Shown here: one piece after another, positions 9,706 to 19,254 of the stretch
Position numbering within the stretch: position 1 is the first letter of the stretch
Layout: each line of letters begins with the position of its first letter
DNA from: a virus
Reading direction: 5' to 3' (one strand)
Virus record (IMG/VR): IMGVR_UViG_3300050013_000165
Coordinates: 1-64,000 of that record
Length of the DNA: 64,000 nucleotides
Program-made: the position numbers and the translations under genes
The notes under the pieces: generated by a model
What the model was told of the DNA's origin: nothing
Databases searched by the model: none
The model's input: only the letters and a program-made list of their open reading frames with translations

Positions 9706-9881
9706 AACTGCGTTGTCGCTTCGGTTGGCACCGTTGGACCAAATGGGAGGAGGTCGGCACCGCAAGTCGTTGGGTCTTTGCCGACAACAAAGAAAAACTT
9801 GACCGTGGACGTCTTCCGGTTCAAGGGCGAAATTGCGAAGACTGCAACAAGCTGCAATTGAGGGAGCTTCACCTTGACTGA
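9702..9881 (+). CDS. small CxxxxH/CxxC protein (59 aa, not in ORF track)
   Basis: MKLRCRFGWHRWTKW...CEDCN; ATGA overlap. Confidence 0.6.
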   Translation: MKLRCRFGWHRWTKWEEVGTASRWVFADNKEKLDRGRLPVQGRNCEDCNKLQLRELHLD

Positions 9882-9998
9882 CCAAGAGTTCTTGAACAAC
9901 TTTTGGCAGATCGAAAAAGTCGCCGAACAGCTCGACGGCAACATCAACAATTTTCCACAAGCATTTCGGGTAACTAGAGAAAGAGAAGGTAAAAACTG

Positions 9999-10994
9999 AT
10001 GGGCTTGGATGTCAACCTGAGCTACTACCCCGACTACGAGCGCTCCAAGGCGCTTGAAGCGGCATACGAAGAACGGACGGAAGGGCTCTATGACCTTCAC
10101 GTCGAACAACCGGTCAAGGCATTGTTGGACGCTGACTTCGATCTTGCACACAAGGTGCGAGCGTTAGAGGCCAAGGCCAACGACTACCGAGGCACGACGT
10201 GGGAAGAACGCGATTCGGCGTCAAAGAAGGTTCGTGAACTCACAGGTCACGACAAGTTCTACGACGCGTACCGTGCAGCCGAAGAGATCATCCAAAAAGA
10301 GATGGGCGTCGGCAAGTACGGTGAAGACCTCACCAAAAAGAGCATCGAGACCACCTCAGCTCTTCACCCCGACCACTACTTCAAGGTTGGATACTGGCGT
10401 AGCTCGCACAACGGCAGCGGATTCGATCACGTCGTCGGCGATCAGTGCGGCTGGCGTCTCGAAAACATCGCCTTCGGCCCTGAGGGGTTCGTCGAGAGCG
10501 AGGGCTATGACCGAGTGCTCGACTGGTCTGCCGCATTAGAGCGCTCCGGACAAGCGAAGGCAGCGTATAGCGCCGTCATTGCCGAGGAAGCCGTGTCGTG
10601 CTCGGAGCACACACCGTTCTACATGCCCGACCGGAAGTTCCCGAGAAGCCAGAAGGAAGCCATCGAGATTTACCGGCAGACCGTCTCCGAGCAAAAGGAT
10701 CGCAAGCCGTTCCCTGGCGAAGAGGATTCAAAGGCGAACTGGTTCAGCAACGGCTCGGGTGATTACTACCTTGGCGAGCCCGCAAAGCTCGTGGCGCTTC
10801 TTCCTGGTGAAGGATTCATGATGAACCCACAAGGCGGGTTCAAGGGACCAACGATGTATGCGATCTTCCAAACCGACAAAGAGGGCAGTCAGTGGTATCT
10901 CGATGCGATTGAAATCATCGAAGAGACCATTCAGTACGTTCTCGATCAGCCAGAAGAAGAGCGTTCCAAGTACCGCATGTATTGGAGTGGTTAG
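9999..10994 (+). CDS. hypothetical protein
   Basis: 331-aa ORF, MGLD start, GYWRSS motif. Confidence 0.8.
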   Translation: MGLDVNLSYYPDYERSKALEAAYEERTEGLYDLHVEQPVKALLDADFDLAHKVRALEAKANDYRGTTWEERDSASKKVRELTGHDKFYDAYRAAEEIIQKEMGVGKYGEDLTKKSIETTSALHPDHYFKVGYWRSSHNGSGFDHVVGDQCGWRLENIAFGPEGFVESEGYDRVLDWSAALERSGQAKAAYSAVIAEEAVSCSEHTPFYMPDRKFPRSQKEAIEIYRQTVSEQKDRKPFPGEEDSKANWFSNGSGDYYLGEPAKLVALLPGEGFMMNPQGGFKGPTMYAIFQTDKEGSQWYLDAIEIIEETIQYVLDQPEEERSKYRMYWSG

Positions 10995-10996
10995 TC

Positions 10997-11506
10997 GTGA
11001 GCGCATGGATGGTTTCAAAAGAGCACATCGACGTCTTGGTGACAGCCAGCATCGCCCTCGGAATTATCCCGAAGGACGAAGCCGACATGACCGGCATTCA
11101 GTTGTGGGACGAGAACTGGAAGAGCATTAACTCTCGATACCCCGACACGATTGACGATCACGAAAGCATCCCTGGTCCCATTTCGTTTCGACCGGAACAC
11201 ATCGCCGAGTACACGTTTGACCCTCGTCCAACCGAGGATTTGATTTACGTGTACAAGCAAGCTGGTTGCTACGGCTATCAATCGTGTGAGCACGATGAAT
11301 GGAAAGACAGCACTGCTTTCAGGATCACAGGGGAAATAGAGACTGAGATTTTGAAGCACACGGGGCTCACCGAAGCAAGCATTCAGAACCACCCCTTGTA
11401 CAAAAAGGCAACATGGGGCGTGCACATTAAAGAAGACGGTTCTCTCTGGCTCGACTCAAATGAGTTCTATGCCTGGTGCCGGATTCAGAACGGTGTGGAT
11501 CAGTAA
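10997..11506 (+). CDS. conserved phage/plasmid hypothetical protein
   Basis: SAWMVS..HID...ENWKSINSRY...CYGYQSCEH. Confidence 0.75.
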   Translation: MSAWMVSKEHIDVLVTASIALGIIPKDEADMTGIQLWDENWKSINSRYPDTIDDHESIPGPISFRPEHIAEYTFDPRPTEDLIYVYKQAGCYGYQSCEHDEWKDSTAFRITGEIETEILKHTGLTEASIQNHPLYKKATWGVHIKEDGSLWLDSNEFYAWCRIQNGVDQ

Positions 11507-11559
11507 CAACAATTCGCAAATAGCGAGAAATGCCATTTCATTTCAACAAGGAGAACCAA

Positions 11560-12135
11560 TTGAGTACAAGAGCAATTGTTGCAGAGCCGTATGGTGATTC
11601 GTGGCGAGGTCGTCACACTCACTCAGACGGATACCCGACATATCGAGCGCGCCATCTTTGGGCGCTCGTAAAGAGGGACGGCTTTGAGAAGGTCCGTAAG
11701 ACCATCTGTGAGGATCACTATGGATGGTCAGTGATCGACGCAGAGCAAGCGGACTTGACGGCTGTCAAAGTTCCGAAGAGCTACGAAGAGGCACAGAAGT
11801 TTGGTTACGGTTCGCCGGAATACGAAGCTTTTAACCTCGGTCCACAAGGCAGCTACGGCGACGGTCGTTTCGTGAATGTTCCAGGCTACGGCGTGGCATA
11901 CACGACGGAAAAAGGTCAAAGTGATGCTGATGACTGGATGACGCCAGAAGACACTCGCGATAGTGAGTGGGCTTACGTTGTTGCGGATAATGGGCTTTGG
12001 GTGTTCAAGACACACATGGGTCCTGGCTTCAACACAGTGACACCGCCGACGCTTCTCGGCATCTTCAACTGGAATGAAGATGAGCCGAATTGGGAAGCAG
12101 TCGAGAACTCGGCTTACGAGTCGGCCGAAGCATGA
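11560..12135 (+). CDS. conserved hypothetical protein (HxDGYP family)
   Basis: AAGGAG RBS, TTG start, STRAIV...HSDGYP...EWAYV. Confidence 0.75.
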   Translation: MSTRAIVAEPYGDSWRGRHTHSDGYPTYRARHLWALVKRDGFEKVRKTICEDHYGWSVIDAEQADLTAVKVPKSYEEAQKFGYGSPEYEAFNLGPQGSYGDGRFVNVPGYGVAYTTEKGQSDADDWMTPEDTRDSEWAYVVADNGLWVFKTHMGPGFNTVTPPTLLGIFNWNEDEPNWEAVENSAYESAEA

Positions 12136-12332
12136 CGACAACTCCTGCGCCTGTTGAAGACGACGGTAAGCGATACAAGATCATTCGGTTCCATCAATTT
12201 GGCGGGTTTGATGGAGACGGGTACAAGAAGACCATTGCCTACGGTCAAACGCGTGAAGAGGCGCAGGAGCACTGTCGTCGTGAAGACACACACGGTAATG
12301 GCTGGTTCGATGGATACGAGGAGCAGAGATGA
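12132..12332 (+). CDS. small conserved phage protein
   Basis: YKIIRF...TREEAQEHC...WFDGY. Confidence 0.7.
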   Translation: MTTTPAPVEDDGKRYKIIRFHQFGGFDGDGYKKTIAYGQTREEAQEHCRREDTHGNGWFDGYEEQR

Positions 12333-12913
12333 AGGCACCATTAGAAAAAGCAATAGCTCGTGCGGATTGTGTAGACCGACACGTCTATTACATCAAGTCA
12401 CGCAATCTCAACTGTGGTGTCTTTCGCGAAGCGACAGGTGGGTTCATCGGCATTCGTGAGAAGTTCGACAGTCTCTATTTGTTCGAGGAGTACCACTGGG
12501 AGACGAGCAACACGTTCGGAACCGTCCAACCTTTAATTGACATTGGCGTTCTGCCAGAAGGCATTGAGTTGTTGGAGACAGTCGATGGCGGGTGCACGGG
12601 GTGCGGCAACCCGATCACTTACGATAACGACGTCAAGGCTCGAATGACGGCAGCAGGCCTCACGCTCACTGATGATGCTTATGAATGGCCGTGGAAACAC
12701 GACAACCCCGAAGACGAGATCGCTTGCGCTGAGGAGAACCCAGGCGGATCGCGCCGGAGGTATCAACCGTTGTTCGATTACCTCACTCCGATCAATGCCG
12801 GGATAGCGGCAGAAGAAAGAACCAGTAGGGCATTTTGGGAGTCTTGGATCGAAGAGAACTATGTCTCGAAACAGGAGGCAGCGAAGAAAAAGCCCAGGTC
12901 GGGGAGTATTTGA
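12329..12913 (+). CDS. hypothetical protein
   Basis: ATGA coupling; SRNL..GVF...FIGIREKF. Confidence 0.7.
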   Translation: MKAPLEKAIARADCVDRHVYYIKSRNLNCGVFREATGGFIGIREKFDSLYLFEEYHWETSNTFGTVQPLIDIGVLPEGIELLETVDGGCTGCGNPITYDNDVKARMTAAGLTLTDDAYEWPWKHDNPEDEIACAEENPGGSRRRYQPLFDYLTPINAGIAAEERTSRAFWESWIEENYVSKQEAAKKKPRSGSI

Positions 12914-12938
12914 CATACCCGGTTGCTACTCTTACACT
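12910..12938 (+). promoter_or_regulatory. SigA/sigma70-type promoter
   Basis: TTGACA-17 nt-TACACT upstream of the DUF932 gene. Confidence 0.7.
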
Positions 12939-12993
12939 GAGTAGTGGCATATTGCATGTTGCAAGCCACATTCCAAAACAAGGGAGAATGGAA

Positions 12994-14109
12994 ATGTCCG
13001 CAGAAACAGCCGAATGGCTGAACCAGAACATCCTCATCGGGCTCACCGACAAGCGCGGGAAAGCGTGGCATTACAAGGAGAGCGCACAAGGCAACGAACC
13101 AAATCATTACCCAGGTTTCATTCCAATCGACGACGTTGTTCGTCGGCTCTTCAACTTCGAGGCCATTGAGCCCCAAGCTGCGTATCTGCTTCCAGTCGGA
13201 GCGGGTCAGACAATTTCAGACCTTCGGGCGCATGGAAAGCAGATTGTCACCATTGACGGCCTTAATTATGAGGTCGTTGTTGACAAAGAGCACAAGGCAA
13301 TCGTCGATGCAGAGACCGGCGTCGTGTTCAACTACCCCGGTGTCGAGTGGGCGCAGCACCCCTACACGGGATGGCTCGTTGACGGTGTCGCCAACATTCT
13401 CGACACGTCGCGTGGCGAGCTTGGTTGTTCAAGCGCCGGACTTCTGAAGCGTCGTGGGCAAGCGTGGGTCGAGTTCTCGATTCCCGAGAACATCTCGACT
13501 CCCGAAGGTGTCACTTTCCGACCGAACATTCTCGGCTGGACGAGCCTCGACAGCTCACTCGCAACCGGGTTCAAGACCACCGACGAGTTCACAGTGTGCG
13601 ACAACACGCTTCGCTTGCGTCAACGTGATTGCGAAGGCTCTTCGACGTTCTACGCCAAGCACACGTCGAACAGCGGTCTTCGAATCGGCGAGGCTCGCCA
13701 GGTCTTGAACATTTTGTTCAAGGATGCAGACGACACTGCAAAGGCAATTCATGACCTCTGCGCCACCACGGTGACTGAGACTCAATGGCGTGGCGTGCTC
13801 GACGCTATCTTCCCGTTGCCGGAAAAGGAGTCCAACGAGAAGCCAGGACGTTCGTTCTCCATTGCCAACAACAAGCGCGAAGTGATCGACGGGCTGTACC
13901 GCACCGACGAGCGCTGCGCTCCTTGGGTCGGCACGGCGTTCGGTGCTGTGCAAACCTTCAACACCTGGAAGCTTCACCACGCAACCGTTCGCAACACGAG
14001 CGGCGGCGGGCGTGTGGAGCGCAACAAGATCAACGTCATCAACGGGCAGCTCGACGCCTGGGACACCAAAGTCCTCGACGCTGTTGATGCAGTTCTGGCA
14101 GTCGCCTAA
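12994..14109 (+). CDS. DUF932 domain protein
   Basis: SAETAEWLNQNILIG...SAGLLKRRGQAW...SLDSSLAT...VCDNT...GTAFGAVQTFNTW. Confidence 0.85.
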   Translation: MSAETAEWLNQNILIGLTDKRGKAWHYKESAQGNEPNHYPGFIPIDDVVRRLFNFEAIEPQAAYLLPVGAGQTISDLRAHGKQIVTIDGLNYEVVVDKEHKAIVDAETGVVFNYPGVEWAQHPYTGWLVDGVANILDTSRGELGCSSAGLLKRRGQAWVEFSIPENISTPEGVTFRPNILGWTSLDSSLATGFKTTDEFTVCDNTLRLRQRDCEGSSTFYAKHTSNSGLRIGEARQVLNILFKDADDTAKAIHDLCATTVTETQWRGVLDAIFPLPEKESNEKPGRSFSIANNKREVIDGLYRTDERCAPWVGTAFGAVQTFNTWKLHHATVRNTSGGGRVERNKINVINGQLDAWDTKVLDAVDAVLAVA

Positions 14110-14140
14110 CGATTTGGACACACGCAGGGTCCTCTCACTA

Positions 14141-14170
14141 GCCTCCTGGCCTTCGGGTCGGGGGGCTTTT
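14141..14170 (+). terminator. intrinsic terminator
   Basis: 11-bp stem with G-U pairs, cUUCGg loop, then TTTT. Confidence 0.8.
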
Positions 14171-14191
14171 GGGGTGAGTGAAAGGAACTCA

Positions 14192-14437
14192 ATGCAAACC
14201 ATAACGTGGACCAAGCACTTGATTACCGTTGCCCAGTTTCGGTCGAAGCCGATTCACGTCAACGAAGCAAAAGTCAATAACGATGGTGTCACCAAGCGCG
14301 TGCTGTTGCTTGAACAAGAAGGTAGCGAGAGTATCGAAGTCGATACGGAGTGCCTTGATCTCCTAATTAGGAGCTTGCAGCCTCTTCAGCGAACGTACCC
14401 GCCTTCCAAATCGGAAAGGCTGTTGACGACTCTATAA
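14192..14437 (+). CDS. hypothetical protein
   Basis: AAAGGA RBS before ATG. Confidence 0.55.
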   Translation: MQTITWTKHLITVAQFRSKPIHVNEAKVNNDGVTKRVLLLEQEGSESIEVDTECLDLLIRSLQPLQRTYPPSKSERLLTTL

Positions 14438-14441
14438 GAGG

Positions 14442-14675
14442 TTGCTAATGCTGACGGACTGGGCCGAACCACACGACCTGCCCGAGGCATTAGATCGTCG
14501 GAGAGTCATCACGGCCGAGATCGAAGAGATTCAAGCTCAGCTTGGCGACAAGACCAAAGAGCAAGATGCTGAATGGCGCAAGAAGGCGATTTGGGCTCTC
14601 ACGAACCGACTACAGGAACTCCGATTGGTGAAGGCATGGGTCAGAGAAAATCGAATGATGAGTCTGACGGTTTAG
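14442..14675 (+). CDS. hypothetical coiled-coil protein
   Basis: Helical-hairpin-like composition. Confidence 0.55.
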   Translation: MLMLTDWAEPHDLPEALDRRRVITAEIEEIQAQLGDKTKEQDAEWRKKAIWALTNRLQELRLVKAWVRENRMMSLTV

Positions 14676-14843
14676 AAGCACGTCACCTTCAAGGCAATCT
14701 CAATGAGCCCCTTGACGCTGTTTACGCTGTAATCCGTGAGTACTTTCCACGGGCAAACAAAGAAACGTGTGACCAGTTGGCATTCGCAATCGTGTACCGA
14801 GTTCTGCAAATGCGATCTGTTGAAGGGAATCTTTGGGCCGCTA

Positions 14844-15380
14844 CTATCGACCAGCCCGATCCTTCTCGTCTGCCTCCAACGCTCGACGACCTCTAGCTTG
14901 GCGGTACGTGTTGGCGACATCTCGCTCGAACTTCGGGCGGTCAAACCCTTTTGGTTCTTCAAACGATTTTGGTTCTTGTCGGTAGACGTTTGGAATGGAG
15001 TGCTCGCCGCCTAATGGGTACATCGAGCGTTGGTTCTCCATGACCATTTCATCAGTGGCCTTATGGCGACTGTGGATTACCTGCGTGTTGTCGAGGAAGG
15101 TCTTCCCATGTTCGGGGTCATCTTTGTCGGGAGACCACGCACCCACATAGACGCCGCGACGCCCGAGAGATTCGTTATGCCGCTGTGAGTATTCCTCGAT
15201 GTCGTTGCCGGTGATGTCGGAGCGCTTCAGCTCCTTCTCCGAGCCCGCCAGAGACACGGCGTAGCCTTTCTTGGGGCTCTTGCCTGTGGTGTGCTTGACG
15301 GTGAATCCTGTCTCGCCTTCTCCGTGGGGTTCCAGGCCTTCAGCGAGACCTTGGAACTGTGCTTTCGAGAGTCCGGCCAT
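14844..15380 (-). CDS. conserved phage protein (GFT..G..P..GY.VS / G.W / LD / Q family)
   Basis: GFTVKHTTGKSPKKGYAVSL...YVGAW...FLDNT...NQRSMY. Confidence 0.7.
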   Translation of the reverse strand: MAGLSKAQFQGLAEGLEPHGEGETGFTVKHTTGKSPKKGYAVSLAGSEKELKRSDITGNDIEEYSQRHNESLGRRGVYVGAWSPDKDDPEHGKTFLDNTQVIHSRHKATDEMVMENQRSMYPLGGEHSIPNVYRQEPKSFEEPKGFDRPKFERDVANTYRQARGRRALEADEKDRAGR

Positions 15381-15381
15381 C

Positions 15382-15879
15382 TCAGTACTCGTAATCCATG
15401 TTGAGGCTGCCTCCGTCCTCGGGAAAGACATTTGGGTTTGGTGGGACGCCCGCAGCGCCCTGCATCGGTCCGTCGCCGAGCGGTCCGCGGTTGAGAGGGT
15501 TGTAATCGCCATAGGCAACCACAGGGGTCATGTCGTACTGCCCCGCAGCGAGCCCGTTGTTGTCCGCAGTCCAATCGGGGATGTGTCCCATGCCCTCGGC
15601 CGTCCACTCCCCTGGCTGCTCCACAAAGGCGCTCTTGGAGCCGTTCTGAGCCGTCCAGCCGATCTTTGGCAGGTTCGCCGGTCCACCGGGCTGCACGGCC
15701 CAGTTGATGTCGTTGGAGCCTCCCATGCACTCGGGAACGTGACCAGGAGCACTCGCTAGATCGATTGCCATTTGTGCGTATTTGGCTTGTAGATCGGCGA
15801 TCTGCTCCGGCGACGTTGCAGAGTCCGGCCGACCGAAGATGCCACCTTGGATTTGGGTGTGGTAGCCGAGGTCGCTCAT
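15382..15879 (-). CDS. hypothetical Gly/Pro-rich protein
   Basis: Repeated WTA and QPG motifs; abuts the next gene. Confidence 0.6.
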   Translation of the reverse strand: MSDLGYHTQIQGGIFGRPDSATSPEQIADLQAKYAQMAIDLASAPGHVPECMGGSNDINWAVQPGGPANLPKIGWTAQNGSKSAFVEQPGEWTAEGMGHIPDWTADNNGLAAGQYDMTPVVAYGDYNPLNRGPLGDGPMQGAAGVPPNPNVFPEDGGSLNMDYEY

Positions 15880-15962
15880 GGCTTAGATTCTACGACCAAT
15901 GAAGATTGTTGTTGGGTTCTAACTGACTTGTAGTTGGATTGCCGGTAACGCATACTCAGTAA

Positions 15963-16544
15963 ATGGCTGCAAAGAACATCAATACACCACAGGCTCTGAA
16001 GCGTCGAATACGAGAGCAAACAATTGTTGACGACAACGGCTGTTGGATTTTCCAAGGAGCCAAAGATCGAGCAGGGTATGGGCGCTTCTATATGGGGCTC
16101 GGGCAGACTCGACGCACTCATCGCCTCACTTATGAATTGTGGGTAGGGCCAATTCCTGAAGGATTAGAGCTAGACCATCTTTGTAATACTCCGGCTTGTT
16201 GTCGTCCATCACATTTAGAACCAGTTACCGGATTAGAAAATAGGCAACGGGGGACAAAACGTCGAAAGCGATGCGGGCGCGGACATTATTACTCAAAGCG
16301 AAATACCTACATTACGCCGCAAGGTGTTCGAATGTGTCGAGAATGTCGTCGAATCCACGGAAGGATCAATGACGCCAAACGACGTCCTTCTCATCTTCCA
16401 AAGCGAATTTCTCCTAATCATTGTTTTCGTGGGCATCTTTTGACTGAAGAGAACACCTATCGCATTGATGGGGAACGTCGGTGTCGAAAATGCAGTGCCG
16501 ACCGGCAAAGAGGTTACCGCCAAGCGAAGAAAGAAGTTGCATGA
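15963..16544 (+). CDS. HNH homing endonuclease
   Basis: GCWIFQG...GYG...HRLTYE...GPIPEGLELDHLC...HLEPVT..EN plus two CxRGH...CxxC modules. Confidence 0.9.
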   Translation: MAAKNINTPQALKRRIREQTIVDDNGCWIFQGAKDRAGYGRFYMGLGQTRRTHRLTYELWVGPIPEGLELDHLCNTPACCRPSHLEPVTGLENRQRGTKRRKRCGRGHYYSKRNTYITPQGVRMCRECRRIHGRINDAKRRPSHLPKRISPNHCFRGHLLTEENTYRIDGERRCRKCSADRQRGYRQAKKEVA

Positions 16545-17206
16545 AGATTGTCATTGGATTTCCTGTGAAGGATAGAGCTTGGGTTCTCCCACAGATGCTT
16601 CAAGCGCTCGAACAGCAAGACGTGACCTTCGAAGTCGTGGCGCTCTATACGGCGTCGGAAGACGATACGGAGCAAATCCTCAAAGACCACGGCGTCGAGA
16701 TTCACTATGACGAGAGCCCCGGCAGACCGCGGCACAAGATCGATGGGCACAACTGGGGGACACTCGATCAGTTCGAGTACATGGCGACACTGCGTAATCG
16801 CCTCGTGGACATCTGCATTGAGAAAGATGCCGATTATTTCTTCTCCCTAGACAGCGACATCATCTTGCCGCTGAACGCATTAGAGAGCCTGCTCGCCTTC
16901 TCTCAAAGCCATCCTGGTGTTGTTTCACCGGCCGTCAATATGACCATCAATCAGACGGCGTGGAACATGATGCGCTGGAACGGATTGATCGGTGTCGCTG
17001 ATCGAACCGGCAGAGCTGCGATAGGTGAGACGGGGCAAGCCGACGTAATCATGGCCGCAATGTTGCTCGACCGATTAGGGATGACAGCGCGCTGGCGACC
17101 AAATCCCAATGGTGAAGACATGGGTTTCTGCCATGATTGCGAAGAGAAGGGAGTCCCTAGATGGTGGGTTCGAGAGATCGTGTGTGACCATCTTATGTTC
17201 AGATAA
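16541..17206 (+). CDS. GT-A (family 2-like) glycosyltransferase
   Basis: IGFPVKDR, RNRL, FSLDSD (DxD), GED. Confidence 0.85.
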   Translation: MKIVIGFPVKDRAWVLPQMLQALEQQDVTFEVVALYTASEDDTEQILKDHGVEIHYDESPGRPRHKIDGHNWGTLDQFEYMATLRNRLVDICIEKDADYFFSLDSDIILPLNALESLLAFSQSHPGVVSPAVNMTINQTAWNMMRWNGLIGVADRTGRAAIGETGQADVIMAAMLLDRLGMTARWRPNPNGEDMGFCHDCEEKGVPRWWVREIVCDHLMFR

Positions 17207-17625
17207 TGGCTGCTCCATACACACCCGAACTGTTTTGGGCCAAAGTAGTTAAGACCGAAACATGTTGGATTTGGCAAGGAAATAGTGACAATGGTCGGGG
17301 TTACTTTTCGATCATGTGGGCTCAAAAACGACGTTACGTGCATCGCGTAGCATGGGAGTTGGTCAATGGTCCCATTCCAGACGGATTACAAATTGACCAT
17401 TTATGCAGAAACAAGCGCTGTGTCAATCCCACTCACCTCGAACCCGTTACAGGACGCATCAACAAATTGCGTGGAAATACAATCACTCGGAGAAATGCGG
17501 AGGTGACACATTGCGTTCGAGGCCATCCTTACGACAAAGAAAACACCATTGTGGGGACTACGCCCCTTGGAACTCCTCGGCGAGCTTGTCGGAAGTGTCG
17601 AAAGCTTTATCGGATGTTTCGTTGA
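17206..17625 (+). CDS. HNH homing endonuclease
   Basis: CWIWQG...HRVAWE..NGPIPDGLQIDHLCRNKRCVNPTHLEPVT. Confidence 0.92.
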   Translation: MAAPYTPELFWAKVVKTETCWIWQGNSDNGRGYFSIMWAQKRRYVHRVAWELVNGPIPDGLQIDHLCRNKRCVNPTHLEPVTGRINKLRGNTITRRNAEVTHCVRGHPYDKENTIVGTTPLGTPRRACRKCRKLYRMFR

Positions 17626-18595
17626 GCTGTTGCTCGATCCAGGTGTAAAGCATTGCGAGTCCGTATTCGAGAGAGACTTCCGGTTCCCATCCGCAGACTT
17701 CTTTGGCGAGAGAAATGTCCGCATTGCGTGCATCTACACCGATTGCTCCATCGACATAGCGGCGACTCAAACGAACACCGCCAATCTGTTCGACTATTGA
17801 AACAAGATCATCAACGGTGACCGAACGGTCGCTTCCGATGTTTACCGGCTTTGAGTAATCGGATTCCATCAAGGCGATGGTTCCTCGAACGCAATCCTCC
17901 ATGTGAAGGTAACTGCGGAGCTGCTTGCCGGTCCCCCAAATCTCGATCTCATGGTTCCCTGTCTTGACGGCCGTTGCTACTTTGCGGCACATCGCTGCCG
18001 GAGCCTTCTCCTTGCCGTCGTTCCACGTTGAGTGCTCGCCGAAGACGTTGTGGTATCGAGCGATGCGGACTTCGAGTCCTTGCTCTTCGGCGTAATGCTT
18101 CATTAGCTCTTCCATGTAGAGCTTCGAGAATCCGTAGCCTTCCTCGGGCTGTGCAGGCCATGCCATGTCTTCTGACATTTGCCAATCGTTTGACTGACCA
18201 GAACCACCAACCATGTACTTGGTGTTTTGTAGATTTGTGTTGTAAACACAAGCGCTCGACGAAAAGAAGACCCGTGGTACTCCGGCTTTGACTGCTTCCC
18301 GAAGGATCGCTATGCCAATTTCAATGCTCTCGGCACACGCCACTTTGTGGGTGGTGATGTAACCGATGCCGCCCATGTTCTCGGCAAGATCGTAGATGGC
18401 ATCAGCTCCTCGAAACGCCCCCGAACCGCCAACTTTGGTGCAGTCGAGTTGCACGTTCTGTGCCTGATTGTGTAATTGCCACCATTCGTTCTTTGGCTTG
18501 ATGTCGATGGCTCGAACTTCGTTTCCTCGGACCAATAGCTCCCTAACCAAATGTCCGCCAATGGCACCACCGGCCCCGCAAACAACGATCTTCAT
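17558..18595 (-). CDS. GDP-mannose 3,5-epimerase-like NAD-dependent epimerase
   Basis: GAGGAIG, LAENMGGIGYI, SSSACVY, YGFSK, EKAPAAMCRK match the GME signature. Confidence 0.9.
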   Translation of the reverse strand: MKIVVCGAGGAIGGHLVRELLVRGNEVRAIDIKPKNEWWQLHNQAQNVQLDCTKVGGSGAFRGADAIYDLAENMGGIGYITTHKVACAESIEIGIAILREAVKAGVPRVFFSSSACVYNTNLQNTKYMVGGSGQSNDWQMSEDMAWPAQPEEGYGFSKLYMEELMKHYAEEQGLEVRIARYHNVFGEHSTWNDGKEKAPAAMCRKVATAVKTGNHEIEIWGTGKQLRSYLHMEDCVRGTIALMESDYSKPVNIGSDRSVTVDDLVSIVEQIGGVRLSRRYVDGAIGVDARNADISLAKEVCGWEPEVSLEYGLAMLYTWIEQQLNETSDKAFDTSDKLAEEFQGA

Positions 18596-18681
18596 TAGAG
18601 GTTCCCTCCGAGTCGGAATTGAATTGAGATCGACGGTAGCTGGCAAGTAGAAAGGGGTCATAGTCAATTTCGGGAGATCAA

Positions 18682-19254
18682 ATGTCGTTCGCCGAGGAGT
18701 ATTTGAACGAGACCCGTGCGATTATCGATCAGCTCGATTACGAGCAAATCGAAGCAATCGCTCAGGGTATTGCCGGAGTTAGACGGCTTTTCATCCTCGG
18801 TGTTGGGGGCTCAGCAGCAACGGCTTCACATGCAGTGAACGACTTCCGAAAGATTTGTGGTGTCGAGGCCTACGCACCAACTGACAACGTGGCCGAGCTA
18901 ACAGCGCGCACGAACGACAACGGTTGGGGGACAACTTTCGTTGACTGGCTAAAGGTTTCGAAGCTCGACAGTGACGACGGTGTTCTAATCCTCTCGGTCG
19001 GCGGCGGGGACAGCCACGGAGCTTCACCCAATCTTGCTGAAGCGATTAAGTACGCTCGCCGGACATTGGGAATCGAGAAGGGTATCGGAGCAACAATCTT
19101 TGGCATCGTTAGTCGCGACGGGGGGTACACGAAACGATTTGGTGATCGTGTGCTAGTAATCCCTCCGCTTTACGAGAACCGGATTACACCTCACACGGAA
19201 GGATTGTGTTCAGTGATCTTGCACTTAATCGTTTCTCATCCGGCACTCTCATGA
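18682..19254 (+). CDS. gmhA: sedoheptulose-7-phosphate isomerase (SIS domain)
   Basis: GVGGSAATASHAVNDFRK, ELTARTND, SPNL, TPHTEG. Confidence 0.88.
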   Translation: MSFAEEYLNETRAIIDQLDYEQIEAIAQGIAGVRRLFILGVGGSAATASHAVNDFRKICGVEAYAPTDNVAELTARTNDNGWGTTFVDWLKVSKLDSDDGVLILSVGGGDSHGASPNLAEAIKYARRTLGIEKGIGATIFGIVSRDGGYTKRFGDRVLVIPPLYENRITPHTEGLCSVILHLIVSHPALS

